From Hormiphora californensis (lineage: Eukaryota > Animalia > Ctenophora), in NCBI GenBank assembly GCA_020137815.1, contig CM035353.1:4898001-4962000 (forward strand): 64,000 nt of DNA, read 5' to 3'. The notes below the pieces were generated by a model that had not been told where the DNA came from, ran no database searches, and saw only the letters and a list, made by a program, of their open reading frames with translations. Of the stretch, positions 38,686 to 51,905 are shown in pieces. Both the position numbers and the translations under genes were made by a program. Position 1 is the first letter of the stretch. Each line of letters starts with the position of its first letter.

Positions 38686-39060
38686 CTAATCGAACTGCAC
38701 AAAGTGGATCTTCATCAACAGGCAAGTGGCAACAACGAGAACAATACAGCATTTATCATACCTGTAGGAAGACCCCCGCGACACGTTCTCATAGGCTATC
38801 ATACACAAATTGGTCAGCACAGATCCGGAATAAATTTCCTTCCCATGGTCTGCCAGATTTGCCTGGTGTATTGTCCCAGCGGTGTGCGTTTTAATATTCC
38901 CTAAAATTCGCGAGGAGGGTGCACTTTTGGTTCCGTCAGGATTCTCGACGGCCTGGTAATACGGGTAGCCAGTAACCTTCTTGCATATCGCACACCGTAC
39001 TCGTCCCGAAAGTTCTCCTTCTTCGATGAGCTGCAGAAAATTGAAATTGCTATAATCCAA
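38686..39060 (-). mobile_element. Possible transposase N-terminal zinc-finger fragment
   Basis: VRCAICKK...NIKTHTAGTIH has C2H2 spacing of the kind seen in hAT-like transposases. Confidence 0.35.
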
Positions 39061-39852
39061 TTACGAATTACGAGCCATTAGCCATTAGTTCTTTGTTATG
39101 TCTTTCTCTCTCTCAGATATATCACAAACCTCGTAGGAGTATGGCAACTGCATCTCGAACAGTTGATCCCAAGATCTCACGTGGTCCAGGGAGGGAAGCA
39201 CAACCGACTCCTCAACCAGCACTGGGCGTTGAGCAGGCTTCGTCAAACTTCCTCCTTGGCTAACCTTACTTAGGATCACCTCCTGATTCTCAAGTATTTT
39301 TTTCTGGTTTTTCTCCAGCTCTCAGTCGTTCCATCGATTTTGAGAATGGACTGCGGCCATTCCCGGCCACTTTGAACCCCTCGGACACCGGGCTTAATGG
39401 TGTTGGCGGGTGTGACATGACATCGAAGACGCTCATTTAGACGTTAACACTTCTCAATATATCGGTCCTTGTCCCGGAGTGTGCTCGACTCACGGTTGCG
39501 AGGAGCTATTTACAAGTAAAACAAGGAAGTTTTAGTTGTGTTGAACTAAAACTTCCTAGAATGTCCTAATCCTTCCTATCTCTGATGTGTTCATATTGCT
39601 AATATCATTATGACGGAGCACAACGATTATTTAGATACCTCATATTAAAAGTAAAACCAAACTAAAAAGACCCTTAGGTTTTATAAAATTTCCCACGGTC
39701 ATATCTCAACCCCCTGGGAAGATAGAGACTTGAATAGTTGCCCTACTGCTTTTCGGATGATGTCGAGCTGTCATTTTTCCTCTTAAATTTCAGGAAGTTG
39801 TTTAACTTGACAAGATATAAAAAATCTTAAACCGATGAACCCGGGTGGTATT

Positions 39853-40420
39853 TCATCGGGACGGATCCTGTGCAACCAGCTTCTTAGTGGTCCTCTGTTG
39901 CTCAGTATGTCTGACATTATTTTGAGATGGTGTCTTGAACTGGTTACTAGTCTCAGGGGTTTTGAGGCAGCTAATTGGTAGAGGGGATTTGTCGAGATTG
40001 TGTTGTTGTTCCTCTGGTTGATCTCCTGTTTTTCTCGGGACTTCTGATGGTATTTGAAGAAGCATTTGCCATTTGGGGGTTGTCAGTGTGATATCTGCTG
40101 GGCGGTCTGCTAGGGCTGCTTCTTTACAATATATATACAAAATATGTGGGTGGGGAGATGGTTCATGCCATTTAAATGCATTTTGCCTGGCCAAGTCCTT
40201 GACCGCCATCCCCCCTGGACCTTTCATAGCAGAATCGGTTTCCCTGCTCTGCCTAATGGCTAGGTTCATGCTCCAATCCATTTGAAACACTGCACTGTTT
40301 ACATCGACTCTCATGACCCATATGTTTTCTCATACTGGGCCTTTACCCGACAGAGATGTTCACAAAGAGCCTTTATGTCGTCCCGAAACTCAGCTAGAAA
40401 GTTCTCATAATTCTGCCTCT
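39853..40420 (-). mobile_element. Possible degraded DDE transposase fragment
   Basis: FQMDWSMN...Q..E and KGP-GG-VK-LAR-like motifs. The superfamily is uncertain. Confidence 0.3.
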
Positions 40421-41071
40421 GCAAATTTATCTCTTAATTCATCATAATTTATTAAGAAGAGCTAATTATTATAATTTTATTCGGTGATAGATACTGGTGG
40501 GATAGTGAATTCCAATGTGGGTGGTTGTCATGACGTAGAAGTCATTTCAATTTTTAAACTTGTACTAATTACCAATTATTGTATTTATTCCTAAGTTATA
40601 ACTGAGACTTACCTCCAATTCATCTCTAAAATACCCGTACTCGGTTTTGTCATTATCTGTTTGAGTCGTCGACCTAAAATCATAAAAAAGAGCGTGATAT
40701 AATGCTTAGGATATATGGCATCCTCCGCGTCCGGGAGTCCCCCTGTTTGTTTTCAGGACACCATATTCTGTAGCTTTTTAGAGACCAGCAATGTCTCACA
40801 ACTTTTCTCCAATTAATCTTTACTCGGTTTTGACATGATATGTTTGATTCGTAAAACATAAATAAATAGCGCTTTGTTATTTTTACTAACAACTAATAGT
40901 GTAATATTATACCGGTCAGATTTGTCCGCGAATCATTAATTACAGATCCTTATTGGTCGCACTATTCTATCGAAACATCTGAAACAAATTACCAGATCGG
41001 AGATAGGTACCCTGTAAAGATCCCCTCTTCCTATTTCCTCTATTCCGATTAGGTTGCATTTGTTTTTATTA

Positions 41072-41228
41072 CAGTCGGACCCCGATTTACCGGGATGCTC
41101 GGGGGAAAGGGTTTTGCCCGGTAAATCGGGGTGTCCGGTATATCGGGGTCAAATGCCGTTAATTTCCTAGATCGGGGGAAATTTATCCTCCCGGTAAATC
41201 GGGGTTCCGGTAAATCGGGGTCCGACTG
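41072..41228. mobile_element. Tc1/mariner (pogo-like) MITE with TA TSD
   Basis: ta|cagtcggaccccgatttaccgg...ccggtaaatcggggtccgactg|ta. A right-half copy lies at ~52890-52963. Confidence 0.88.
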
Positions 41229-41541
41229 TACCTATAATCTCCCTTAAAAATTTAAATGCTACATTTGTCTCACCAAATCCAAGAAGGAGACCAAACATGT
41301 TCAGATTACCAATGAACACGAAACAGTTTTTTCATGATTTGTGCCTTGTGGCACCATATATAATGGGCATATCACGTGATCTATGACGTCATAGGTCACG
41401 TGATATGTCACGTGATTATGAAGTAAGTATGATTTATACAAATTAATTCATGCAATTATGATAATTTGTATTAAAGGGGGTCGAGGATTGAAACTACATA
41501 TAATTACTTGCCCTACTCTTGATCCTCTGTTTAAGAGTTCA

Positions 41542-41641
41542 NNNNNNNNNNNNNNNNNNNNNNNNNNNNNNNNNNNNNNNNNNNNNNNNNNNNNNNNNNN
41601 NNNNNNNNNNNNNNNNNNNNNNNNNNNNNNNNNNNNNNNNN
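41542..41641. other. Scaffold gap (100 N)
   Basis: Run of N. Confidence 0.99.
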
Positions 41642-42959
41642 ATCATGAATCGTTATTCCAATATTTTGGTGGTAGGTCCATATATCCTGGAGTCGAGATG
41701 AACTGGTGAGTGGGAGATGAAAGAGATGATCATTTGTTGAGACAACTCCCCAAGATATTGTCGATCACTTCAAAATATATTCTCGAGAACTTAGGGTTTC
41801 CAGCAGGCTCACGCATCCGAACTCTACTTTGCAACTCATAGTCGTCCAGTGCAACTGGTCACTTCTACTTCTTCTTCCTAGGAATTCCACAAGATACCCA
41901 GTTAGGTTGCTAGGCAGAGCTTCAATAAGTTCCCGTCATTTTTCCTCAGACCCTCTCAAACTCAAACACGTAACACATGTCACATATAAATTATAAATTA
42001 AAGGTACATGTAGGCAATAAATAGTAGTAGTACATTTAGCATTGTACACGTAACACATGTCACATATAAATTATAATGTAGTAGTAGTACATGTAGCATT
42101 GTACACGTAACAAATATAAATCATTAAAAAACATTAAAAACCCCTCACGTCACCAATGACCAAAATAAGCCCATTGTCCAATAACCAAACTCCAAAGTTC
42201 ATATGTCCAAAAGCAGGCCTGGCATTTTCTTGTGGAGTCTCGCAAGGACCTGCCCCGGTTTCCTCTTCCTCCCAAACTCTCCCATACCGAGCCAGGTGTT
42301 CGTTGGCTGGAGGTTGATATTTTTTTGCACCTCCCGGTACCACCTGTCCGCGGTGTGATTAATGTCTGCAACCATTTTTAGGTGGGTACGAGATTGAATT
42401 GTTGGGTATAGTTGTCTGCCCAAGATATTGTCGATCACTTCAAAATATATCCTTGAGAACTTGGGGTTTCCAGCAGGCTCACGTATCCGACTCATAGTCG
42501 TCCAGTGCAGCTGGTCACTTCCTCTTCCTAGGAATTCCACAGGATACCAGTTAGGTTGCTAGGCAGAGCTCCGTTAGGTTGCTAGGCAGAGCTTCAAAAA
42601 GTTCCCGTCACTTTTCCTCAGACCGTGCATTAATCAGAGCCTCTCAAACTCAAAATCGGGGATGCTCATTGCTCAAACAATACGTACTCAAATCAAATTC
42701 ATTAGGCGTTTCCGAACATTTTAGCATCATATGAAAATGAATTCCGCGGTCTCCAAACTCAACTCTTCCAAAATAAGCTTGTGCAGTAACTACATAGTAA
42801 TAGTAGTTATCCTTTTTCGAGCACTATATACACAACTTTATGAACATATATCTATCGTATGTCCTCTTTGCGATGACGGGAATGGGTTTCAAAGTTTAGT
42901 ACGTGAATCCCTCTCCGTCTCACTCTCTCCTCTCTCTCCTCTTTCATCATGTCGTGGAG

Positions 42960-43261
42960 GGTTTTGAAAGTTCTTAGCCATATGAATCCTAACCTCTTTA
43001 CCAAAACGAAAGTTTCCCAAGTTTATACTTCCAAGACTTTCCATCCGCCATTTTCTGTTTGTGAACAGCCTTCTTCTCCAGCTTCGACCTAAAATTCTTG
43101 CTGACATGTCCAATACAGTCGACCTTGATCACCACATTACAGGAGTAACTGGGATCGTCATGCTTTTCCACCCAATCCTTCCTTTCCTCCGACCGTGCAT
43201 TAATCAGAGCCTCAGCCACCCTCTCCACTGCCTTCTCTGATATCATGATGTCCAGGTTCAC
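42960..43261 (-). mobile_element. Mutator-like transposase fragment, partly duplicated at ~44760-44885
   Basis: DPSY...VIKVDCIGHVSKNFRSKL...MADGK...GKL resembles the KxECVGHVQKRMG motif. Confidence 0.65.
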
Positions 43262-43869
43262 CCTTCCATACCAGCGGACAAAAATCGGGAATCGTCGTAT
43301 CTTTCAAGGACTTTCGGTCATTTTCTCTTTATACCGTTTTGCCACTAATATGCAGCTTATTTGGCTATCTCGCCCTAACTATCTACTCCTATTTTAAGGA
43401 TACTTATGATTTTTGCCCCAGGCTGAAAATACAGGTACAACTCCCACCCGGAAAAAACACCTCTGCCCTCGTGCCTCAGCTGGAGGCACTTCAGGATCCG
43501 TTCAGGGTATTATTCGGGACATTTTAGTGAAGAAATCAGCTGGTTATGATACTTTTGCCAAACCGACCCTTTTTTTCCCTAACTATTTTCCCAATTCTCG
43601 GTGACAAGCTGAAATCTTCCCTTTTAATGTTCTACTATTTGATACCCAAAATACAATACACAGTTCCTATTCCTAACCCAATGCAGTCCTTCTCCACAAC
43701 ATGCACTCCTTCTCCCAAACAAACAAACAAACGGGAACACGAATACACACAATGGCTATTGTTCAGTTCGTATGACATCGGTGTCCGTTATCCTGAATCC
43801 TTTGGTTTGGAACAACTTATATATGCTGTGAGCATGGTGTGTGCGAACTTTGTGGCATCCTGCTGCTAT

Positions 43870-45215
43870 GAAATCCATATTAAATTCTGCATGCAAGGAA
43901 AGTTACCAGTAATATTGATAATTGGTTTTATAAGCCTTGTTATAAGAGCGAAAGAGAGTAAACCAAACTATTAAGAAGCAAAGCACGTCCTTCTCATGAT
44001 TATTATTATTAACCCATTAAGTACTATTCACTCCATTTTGGGTACTGATTTAGACCAGTTCAATGCTCTTATCATTGATAAGAGCTTGTTTTGATAATTT
44101 CTATCTATGACGACCCGACTCACCGTTTTATAACTTCTTCTCTTGTAAAAAGTGGGTCTCCTTCCTTTGCTTTTTCATCGAACAATCGGGGTAATTTTTC
44201 CCGCTAATCTGTTGCTGGTGGGTATTGAGGAAGTGTCGATTTACCTAGAGAAAGAAACTTTCAAATGCAAACTCTTGGACGGACCATTCTCTAGTTGGTA
44301 TACACTCTCGCATATCAAACTGTCCTTTTGTACGGCCAAACTGGCCGGGCTCAGGAATTGCACGACACACGAAACAAAATAAAGGTCTCTCCTGAATGCG
44401 TCCTTTGATAGTGAACGTATAAGTCCAGGGGGCTTCTTGTTCGGCTGCTTGCGGGTCAGGAGGTCATTTCCTCATCTTCACTTATAATGGTAGCCTCCGC
44501 CCTCCCTCCCCGGAGCCACCCGGTCGTGGGCCCACACTGTAGTAAAGAGATGTTATTAGCTTTTGGTTGCCATTCGGTGATGACTGATGCATTATGTACA
44601 CAGTCACAGCGTGACGTGTGTACAATGGGCAGACCTGGTGTCTCTCATCAGGGTCTAGTCTGAGACAGTGAAACGATCCCGCCATTATCTTCCTATCTCT
44701 CCTGCTGCCTCCAACGCCTCTGCCGTGGTGCACTCTTTGTTGGTGGAGCTCTTCACCGAGTTTTTAAAGTTCTTATGAATCCTAACCTCTTTACCAAAAC
44801 GAAAGTTTCCCAAGTTTAGACTTCCAAGACTTTCCATCCGCCATTTTCTGTTTGTGAACAGCCTTTTTCTCCAGCTTCGACCTTGAATTGGTGGTATACG
44901 CTCGAGCACTTCCATTCGTCCCCCTTTTCCTTAAAAATAAGCGTTTTCAATTTGTTACTTCATTTATAAACTCCAATATTAAATTCTGCATGCAAGGAAA
45001 ATTACCAGTAATATTGATAATTGCTTTTGTAAGCTTTGTTATAAGAGCGAAAGAGAGTAAACCAAACTATTAAGAAGTAAAGCACGTCCTTCTCATGATT
45101 ATTATTATTAACCCATTAATTACTAGCTCTATCTACCTCATTTTGGAGACTGATTTAGCCCAGTTTAATGCTCTTACCACTGATAAGAGCTTGTTTTGTT
45201 AATTCCTATCTATTC
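43870..45215 (+). repeat. Direct duplication of ~240 bp (~43875-44110 and ~44973-45213)
   Basis: atattaaattctgcatgcaagga...tgataagagcttgtttt occurs twice. Confidence 0.85.
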
Positions 45216-45594
45216 CAATAAATAATGGCAAGTTTTGATTTGGCTGTGATAGTTTTTGTCGCGTCCTGATCAGCTTTATACATTGGCAGCAATCGGTTGT
45301 TTGTGTTGAGATTGTGTAGTAGCCCAGCAATCATGATTATTACAATTTTATTATACGCCCAGATACGCCTAGTTTCTGGCGGGCTTCGTAGTGCGTCACC
45401 ACAAATGTCGAGGTATGCTTTTGTATCTCCATCTCCGACGGCAACTGAGAGTTTATCAACTTTTGTTTCTTTTTTCTAGGTCTCGCTCGATACTCCTGTG
45501 GGTGAGAATACAAGCGAGATGGCCATATTTCTATCAGTATAAAGAAGTCTGGTGCCGGGCACTTCGTTTGTTTTTCACAATAAGAAGTATGATA

Positions 45595-46018
45595 TTAAGT
45601 CCAAAAACCAATTAAATAAATTAGTTTGGATGCCCGGGCCCATGTGGTGTCACGGGGGTAACACCTTTAGGCTACTGCCATAATTAACGGCATATCTCGT
45701 TAATTGTTAATTGTTATCCTTCAATCTGCCTATCTCTATCTATCTCTCTCAGTCTCTCTCTCTCACTCTCTCTCACACACTATTTCTCTCTCTCACTTTC
45801 TCTCTCACTGTTTCTTTCACTCAACTCTCTTTTTTTCTCTCCTCTTATTTATCTCTTCGTCTTTCTTGATTATATCGCACTCTTTCTATCCTAATTTCCT
45901 TTGCCTTTATCTCTCCCGATATCCATCATTTACGACAGTAGCCTAAAGGTGTTACCCCCGTGACACCACATGGGCCCGGGCATCCAAACTAATTTATTTA
46001 ATTGGTTTTTGGACTTAA
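45595..46018. repeat. Inverted repeat, ~83-bp arms around a CT-rich spacer
   Basis: 45595-45677 is complementary to 45936-46018. Confidence 0.88.
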
Positions 46019-46094
46019 TTTCTGTTCTTTTTGGTGTAAAATAGAAAAAGCTATTTTTTCTGATTTCTGCATATTTTCGAATTTGAATAATTCA

Positions 46095-46545
46095 TAAATA
46101 TACGACTAACGGTGAGAGATACGACTTTTTGTTGGGGGGACGACCCCCCATAAATCGACTATTTTGCGCCGGAATATGTCCATGAAAACGTTCTAGGACC
46201 AGCCGAAGTGGAAATATTAAGAATATGCATTAAATCATGAACCGGTGCATAAATATGCAAATAACGGCATAACGGTGCGAGATAGAGATTTTTGTCCCGA
46301 GTAAGACCCCCCATAAATCGACTATTTTGCGTCGAAATATGTCCATGAAAACGTTCTAAGACGAGCCGAACTGGAAATATTTAGAATATGCATAAAATCA
46401 TGAATCGGTGCATAAATATGCAAATAACGGCTAAACGGTGCGAGATACGACTTTTTGTCCGGGGGACAACCCCCCATAAGTTGACTATTTTACGTCGAAA
46501 TATGTCCATGAAAACGTTCTAGGACCATCTGAAGTGAAAATATTG
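46095..46545 (+). repeat. Tandem ~170-bp unit x~2.7, with another copy at ~47967-48080
   Basis: aacggtgcgagata...cccccataaatcgactatttt...catgaaaacgttcta is repeated. Confidence 0.8.
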
Positions 46546-47499
46546 AAAACTAGAAAGCCCATTGAAGTCCCTCACCCCCCCCCCCCACCGTCCCCATGTC
46601 CCCCCCCCCTCTTACACGGTCGCTTGTAGTGGGAAAACGGTAATGGAAAACGAAGATACAGTAAGACGACGCGCAACCGTGACCAATCAGGGCGCTAGTA
46701 CGTGCTGACACATGAACTTTTTGCTGCGCGTTATGCACCGTGCGCGTCTCCTTACTGTATTTTCCGTTACCGTATTTTGACTGCAAGCAGCACTGTAACT
46801 CTTTGTCTCTCCATGTCGGGGTAAAGAATACGGAGGTTGGTAGACCGTAGAGCGCTGGTGATAAACATCAAGGGAAATCCCGCTGATTAACATGTAGAAT
46901 CAGGTGATAAAGATCCGTAGAATTGTAGCTGTGTAGAGAATCAACGGGGTACGTAGGTAGAAAGGCTTTGGCAATCATGGCGGCCCCAGTAGTAGATCCC
47001 AAAGCACCACGAAACACCACACAGGAACACGCAACAAACAATCAACAACATGCACGTGCAGTATCACCCTCCAATACCCATCCCAAGCCAGCTCCTTGGC
47101 AACCCCCCTCTATTTGCACGTGATGATAGGACATACTCCTCCTCCTCATCACGACGTTCATTTGTACTTTATAATAAGGACTAGAGAGCCCAGGCAAAAG
47201 ACCCAAAACTACTTTCGCCCCCTACTGACTCCCCCACCCCTATCGAATCCTCTCAATATCTACTGACTGCTGTCGCCCCACATTATTGAATACTCATTCC
47301 TCAACACCCTCCTTCCCCCCGCCCCCGCTATGTTGACCAACTCACCCCATAACCCCCTTACAGCCAGTTGGAGTCCTATAACATCCCCCCCCCCCCGTCT
47401 CCATGTCTCTCTCTCTCTCCACCTCTCCATCCCCTATCCCCCTCTCTCTCTATCCCTCTCACCCCATCATTCGATTCCCTCCCCCCCTCACTCTCACTC

Positions 47500-47551
<52 letters not shown>

Positions 47552-50449
47552 TCTCCCCCTCTTTCTCTTTATCGTCGTTTCTTCATATCGGGCTGGTGAA
47601 TATAATGGAAGCTGGTACAGGGAAGTCTTTAGAGTACTGCAGCTGAAGAACATACCGAATCATGTGATAAAAATCTGTAGAACTGGAGCTGTGTAGAGTT
47701 ATTAAAGCTGGGATACGTTGGTAGAAAATCTTTGGCATTCATCGGGGCCGCAGCAGTAGATGGCCAAACACCACAAAACACCACAGGAACACGCAATACA
47801 ACACCCAACAACATGCACGTGCAGTATTAACACTCTTGCCCACCATCATGGCAACTCCCCAAACCCCCCACCAACCACCCCTAACAACACGTCAATTTTC
47901 CACGTGCAAACCCTAAAAACCCCCTCCCCCAATTTTGTCTTGCAAGCATCTCTGCTTTATAATATAGATATGCATAAAATCGTGAATAGGTGCATAAATA
48001 TGCAAATAACGGCTTAACGGTGCGAGATAGAGATTTTTGTCCCGAGTAAGACCCCCCATAAATCGACCATTGCGCGTCGACTAAGATCGGTTTCAAGTCT
48101 TTATGACCTTCGAGTCGTGTCATATCGCAACCATGGCTAAAATGAATATTTAATGACTAATTAATGAATAATTAATGAACTATGGCGATTTCGAAGTTCT
48201 CACACAGCTATTACCGAGCGCAATGATGTAAGGAACCACTGTTCCAAACGGCAAGTCTCTACTATTTGTGGTTTAGGAGAACACTCAAAGATAAAAAAGC
48301 GTCCTCCCCCCTCCCCCTCCCCTCCTTTACATTTTTGCATTTTGGGACCCCTCTGGTAAATTTTTACCTTACATACGATCGTTCTGAAAATTTGCATGCC
48401 TCTTCTCCTATATGAGGGCACTCAGAGTACAAAATTTCAGCTCTCTACTTCATCTGGAACATGCTTTTTTAAAGCATCAAAAACCTCGAAATCTGCAATG
48501 GTATATAATAGTAGCACTGGCAGTTTCAGGCGCTTGTGTGTAGAAGTGTTGCGTGTGCTCTCTCTTTTGTTTTTTGAGTTAGAGGGTATTTCTAAGGTGG
48601 GGGCTCTGCCCCCACACCCCCGTTTCTGTTACTATTTTTTCAACCTCCATGTCCAGTTTGCCCTTGCTCCATCAAACCCATCTTTCATGTCCAAAATGAA
48701 GATATTTAACATGATTTTGCCATATATAATACATGCTATAGTACATACGTGTATAGAACATATAATGTACGAACATGCATAAACCTCCGGTTCCAAAATT
48801 ACCGACGAACGTCAGCGACATAATGTTCTGCATGTGCTCACTTTCATCTTCATAGTGGCACGTATACTAAACAGCCGCGCAACGTGCAAGTGCTCGCTGA
48901 GGGCCACTTGTATAGTCTATCTCGGTTTAGGGCACGTTTGTGTCTCCCATTTGCGTGTCTTTTGACGTAACGCTCTGAAACTTTAAATATACTATGGTAA
49001 CTTAATTTAGAAGATGACCCCATAAAAGCTAAATGATTGAGCGAAAATCACTCTGACAACTTCAACACCGTAGGTGCTATCAAGAAGATTTTATGGGGTC
49101 ATCGAGAAATAGTAGTTTTAGAGATGTCTACAAAGTTTCACCTCGATTCTCCTTAAAACCACTGAGTAATTGAATTGTCTTGGTACTGATCAAGTGACTT
49201 CAATTTTAGCGTGCCTCGCGACGTCTATGATCTGAACCTTGGCGCGCTCCTTCCGGTCCCACTAATTCAAATTAGGCGATAATTAGTGCGGTTAGGCTGA
49301 TAGTATCAGTGATACAGTAGTTTACGTAATTTGGGAACCCCTTCCTGTCATACTCAACTGAACCCAGTGCTGACACAGAGTCTCAAGTGTACTTTCTTTA
49401 TAAAGATGGTAAAAGTTGCTAGTCGTGGTGGTAATGTTGCCGAAATGTCCCAGTTGGTTGGCGCGCTCCGTCAGAGCTGCAGTGAACTGTGAAACTGAAC
49501 ACCCTAAATTTAATCTCGATCAGGTTATTGATGGAGCTCACAATTGATCATGCAATGAATATACCTGTTGTTAAGAATAGTGTTTCCACTGACCATGGAT
49601 TACATCGAATTGGTGGTGATGACTGATGATATATTGAGCGATCTGTGATTATTCCACCTATATTGACCTAAGAAAAGGATAGAAAATAGTTTAGATGGTT
49701 TAGATCTACCTCCCTAACACCAACAGTAACAATCTACTTAGATTCTCTTGATACCATTGATATCATATTCTGTATCTAATCAATGGCTGGGTAACTTTCA
49801 AAGTCATAAACCGACCGGACCAAGTAAGCAACCATCAGATTCCATTATTTAGGTTACGTGACTGGTTATCAACAAATCAGGGACACGTATTTCCTGGTCC
49901 GGTCGGTTCCTGTTCAAAACTTACCATGTTCAAAGAACGGCATTAGGTTTCTATCTCAAATCTCAAGTCTCAATCCGGCTTCAAATGACAGATATTCCGA
50001 ATTTGAATGAAATGAGTGCAGCTTTTTTGTCAACCTGACAGTGATAGAGAGGGTGTAAAAGGGATGCTGCATAAATAAATCAATTGACAACTTTAAGATG
50101 AAAGAAGTTTAGAAGAATTTAGCCTGATAAGTGACTTCTTTGATCTTAAATCTTAAATAAATAATGGACGCCAATTTCACTTAATTCGAGAAAGTAAATT
50201 GTATTTTAATGATTGGATTGATGTGTTGCTTGATTTTCCACCAGGTAAGACCTCAGGGCCGCACTGTTCACTAATTTCAATTGGAGGGATCAACTATCAA
50301 CAACTTCATATCCTTGTTCCTCCTTCTTCACCGGCCCGCAATCAACTCAAGAAATCGGGATTCCTTCGTAGTTTAGTCCTTTTATGTCAGATTGGGATGT
50401 GGTTGTAGTATCGGGATCCTAACCATCTCTCTCTCAACTACCTGTGGGT

Positions 50450-50851
50450 TGGAAGAGTGGGGGTTCACTGGGACTGGGGTAGGAAAAGAGTGGGGGTTCA
50501 CTGGGAGTGGGGTAGGAAAAGAGTGGGGGTTTAGTGGGGTAGCCTTGAGTAAAACACAGGGTACAAATAGATAGCATGTAAAACCGTACCTCCGTTGAAG
50601 ATGATACAGTTGTGTAAGATCCATAATGCCTCATCTAAGAACTGATAGGTACACGTCCACATGCCTGCTTTAGCCTTCTGCCGCAGGGTACCTGTATATG
50701 TAGGGTGCAACTGTTAGACATGAGGAAAAGAGTGGGGGTTTACTGGGACTGGGGTAGGAAAAGATTGGGGGTTCACTGGGAGTGGGGTAGGAAAAGAGTG
50801 GGGGTTTACTGGGACTGTACCCTGTGTTTTACTCAAGGCTACCCCACTAAA
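50450..50851. repeat. Two arrays of a 33-bp tandem repeat plus a 35-bp inverted pair
   Basis: Unit gagtgggggttcactgggactggggtaggaaaa. 50530-50565 is complementary to 50816-50851. Confidence 0.8.
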
Positions 50852-50945
50852 AAATTCAATATGACTCATTATCACTTTTCATTGCCAACAAATAACTTGT
50901 CTCAACCAACTGCAGCACAACACCCAAAAGTGGAAAATAACTCAC

Positions 50946-51115
50946 CACCTAGCCGCGTAATGACCGGAACCAGAACAGCGGTAACAGATCGGGGGAGCAG
51001 GCGGGGTGGGTTCACCGCGTTGTAACGTTCGGGAGCGGTTGTGGGCCTGATCGTGGTGGGACTTGGTTGAGCAGTTTGTACAGTAAATCAAATGCCATCT
51101 CTTGTTTGGTCATGG
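50946..51115 (-). pseudogene. Zinc-knuckle exon, copy C (one degenerate and one split CCHC knuckle)
   Basis: Reads PNKRWHLIYCTNCSTKSHH...EPTPPAPPICYRCSGSGHYAAR-TG|gtgagt. It is out of frame with its acceptor and with the nearby ATG. Confidence 0.65.
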
Positions 51116-51294
51116 CTGAACTGTTGTGATGTGAGTTTTTGTGAATGATACACTAAAGATTGGGATATTGGGACAGTGGGAGTGGGGCAGTGTGAAAGAA
51201 AGAACTTTGAAATATCTAAAATAAATAAAATAATAATTAATAAAGTGATTCTGATGTTGACAAACATGTCCGGGGTAGAAATAATGGGGGGAAA

Positions 51295-51777
51295 CTATTT
51301 TTCGTCCATAAGAGGCTTGGTAATATCTAACTCTCTAGTAAGAGACCTCCATTTCTCCATGGTCATGGATACTACAACCTGAGAGGGGTGAATGGCCCGT
51401 GTTGTCCCCGGTGTTACCGGAATATCAGCACCATCCCCACCGCCCCAAATTGAAGGGTACTTTTTCCCGAATTTTACCACCGGAATACGATCATCATCGA
51501 GAAAGAGTTTCACCCTACCGTCTTTGACAAGGAATGACAAGTGGAATATGTTCTCTACAGTGGTTGAGAAGGAGGTTGGGTGGATAATTAACTCGAAGAA
51601 GGGGACATGTGGGTAGGGAGAGTTAGGGGCCCCAGTTAGCTGATACACAGATTCCATAACCCGTTTCGCCTCCTTCACTGTGGCTTCCTCCACATCTACC
51701 ACTTGGGCAGCAACACGGTCCCCGTCCAGGATGGGGCGCTCATTGTGAGGTAGGTCGGGTGCATCGTGTATGGTCAT
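51295..51777 (-). CDS. NSMCE4: Nse4/EID-family kleisin (SMC5/6 subunit), C-terminal domain only
   Basis: PFFELIIHPTSFSTTVENIFHLSFLVKDGRV...QVVVSMTMEKWRSL is the Nse4 C-terminal signature. At 160 aa it lacks the N-terminal domain. Confidence 0.85.
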   Translation of the reverse strand: MTIHDAPDLPHNERPILDGDRVAAQVVDVEEATVKEAKRVMESVYQLTGAPNSPYPHVPFFELIIHPTSFSTTVENIFHLSFLVKDGRVKLFLDDDRIPVVKFGKKYPSIWGGGDGADIPVTPGTTRAIHPSQVVVSMTMEKWRSLTRELDITKPLMDEK

Positions 51778-51905
51778 GGCTAAACGGTTGTGATGTGAGT
51801 TTTTGTGAATGATTGGGATATTGGGACAGTGGGAGTGGGGCAGTGTGAGGGAGAGAAAGAAAGAACTGAACTGATAAAATGAAATCTAAATTAAAGTGAT
51901 TGCAA

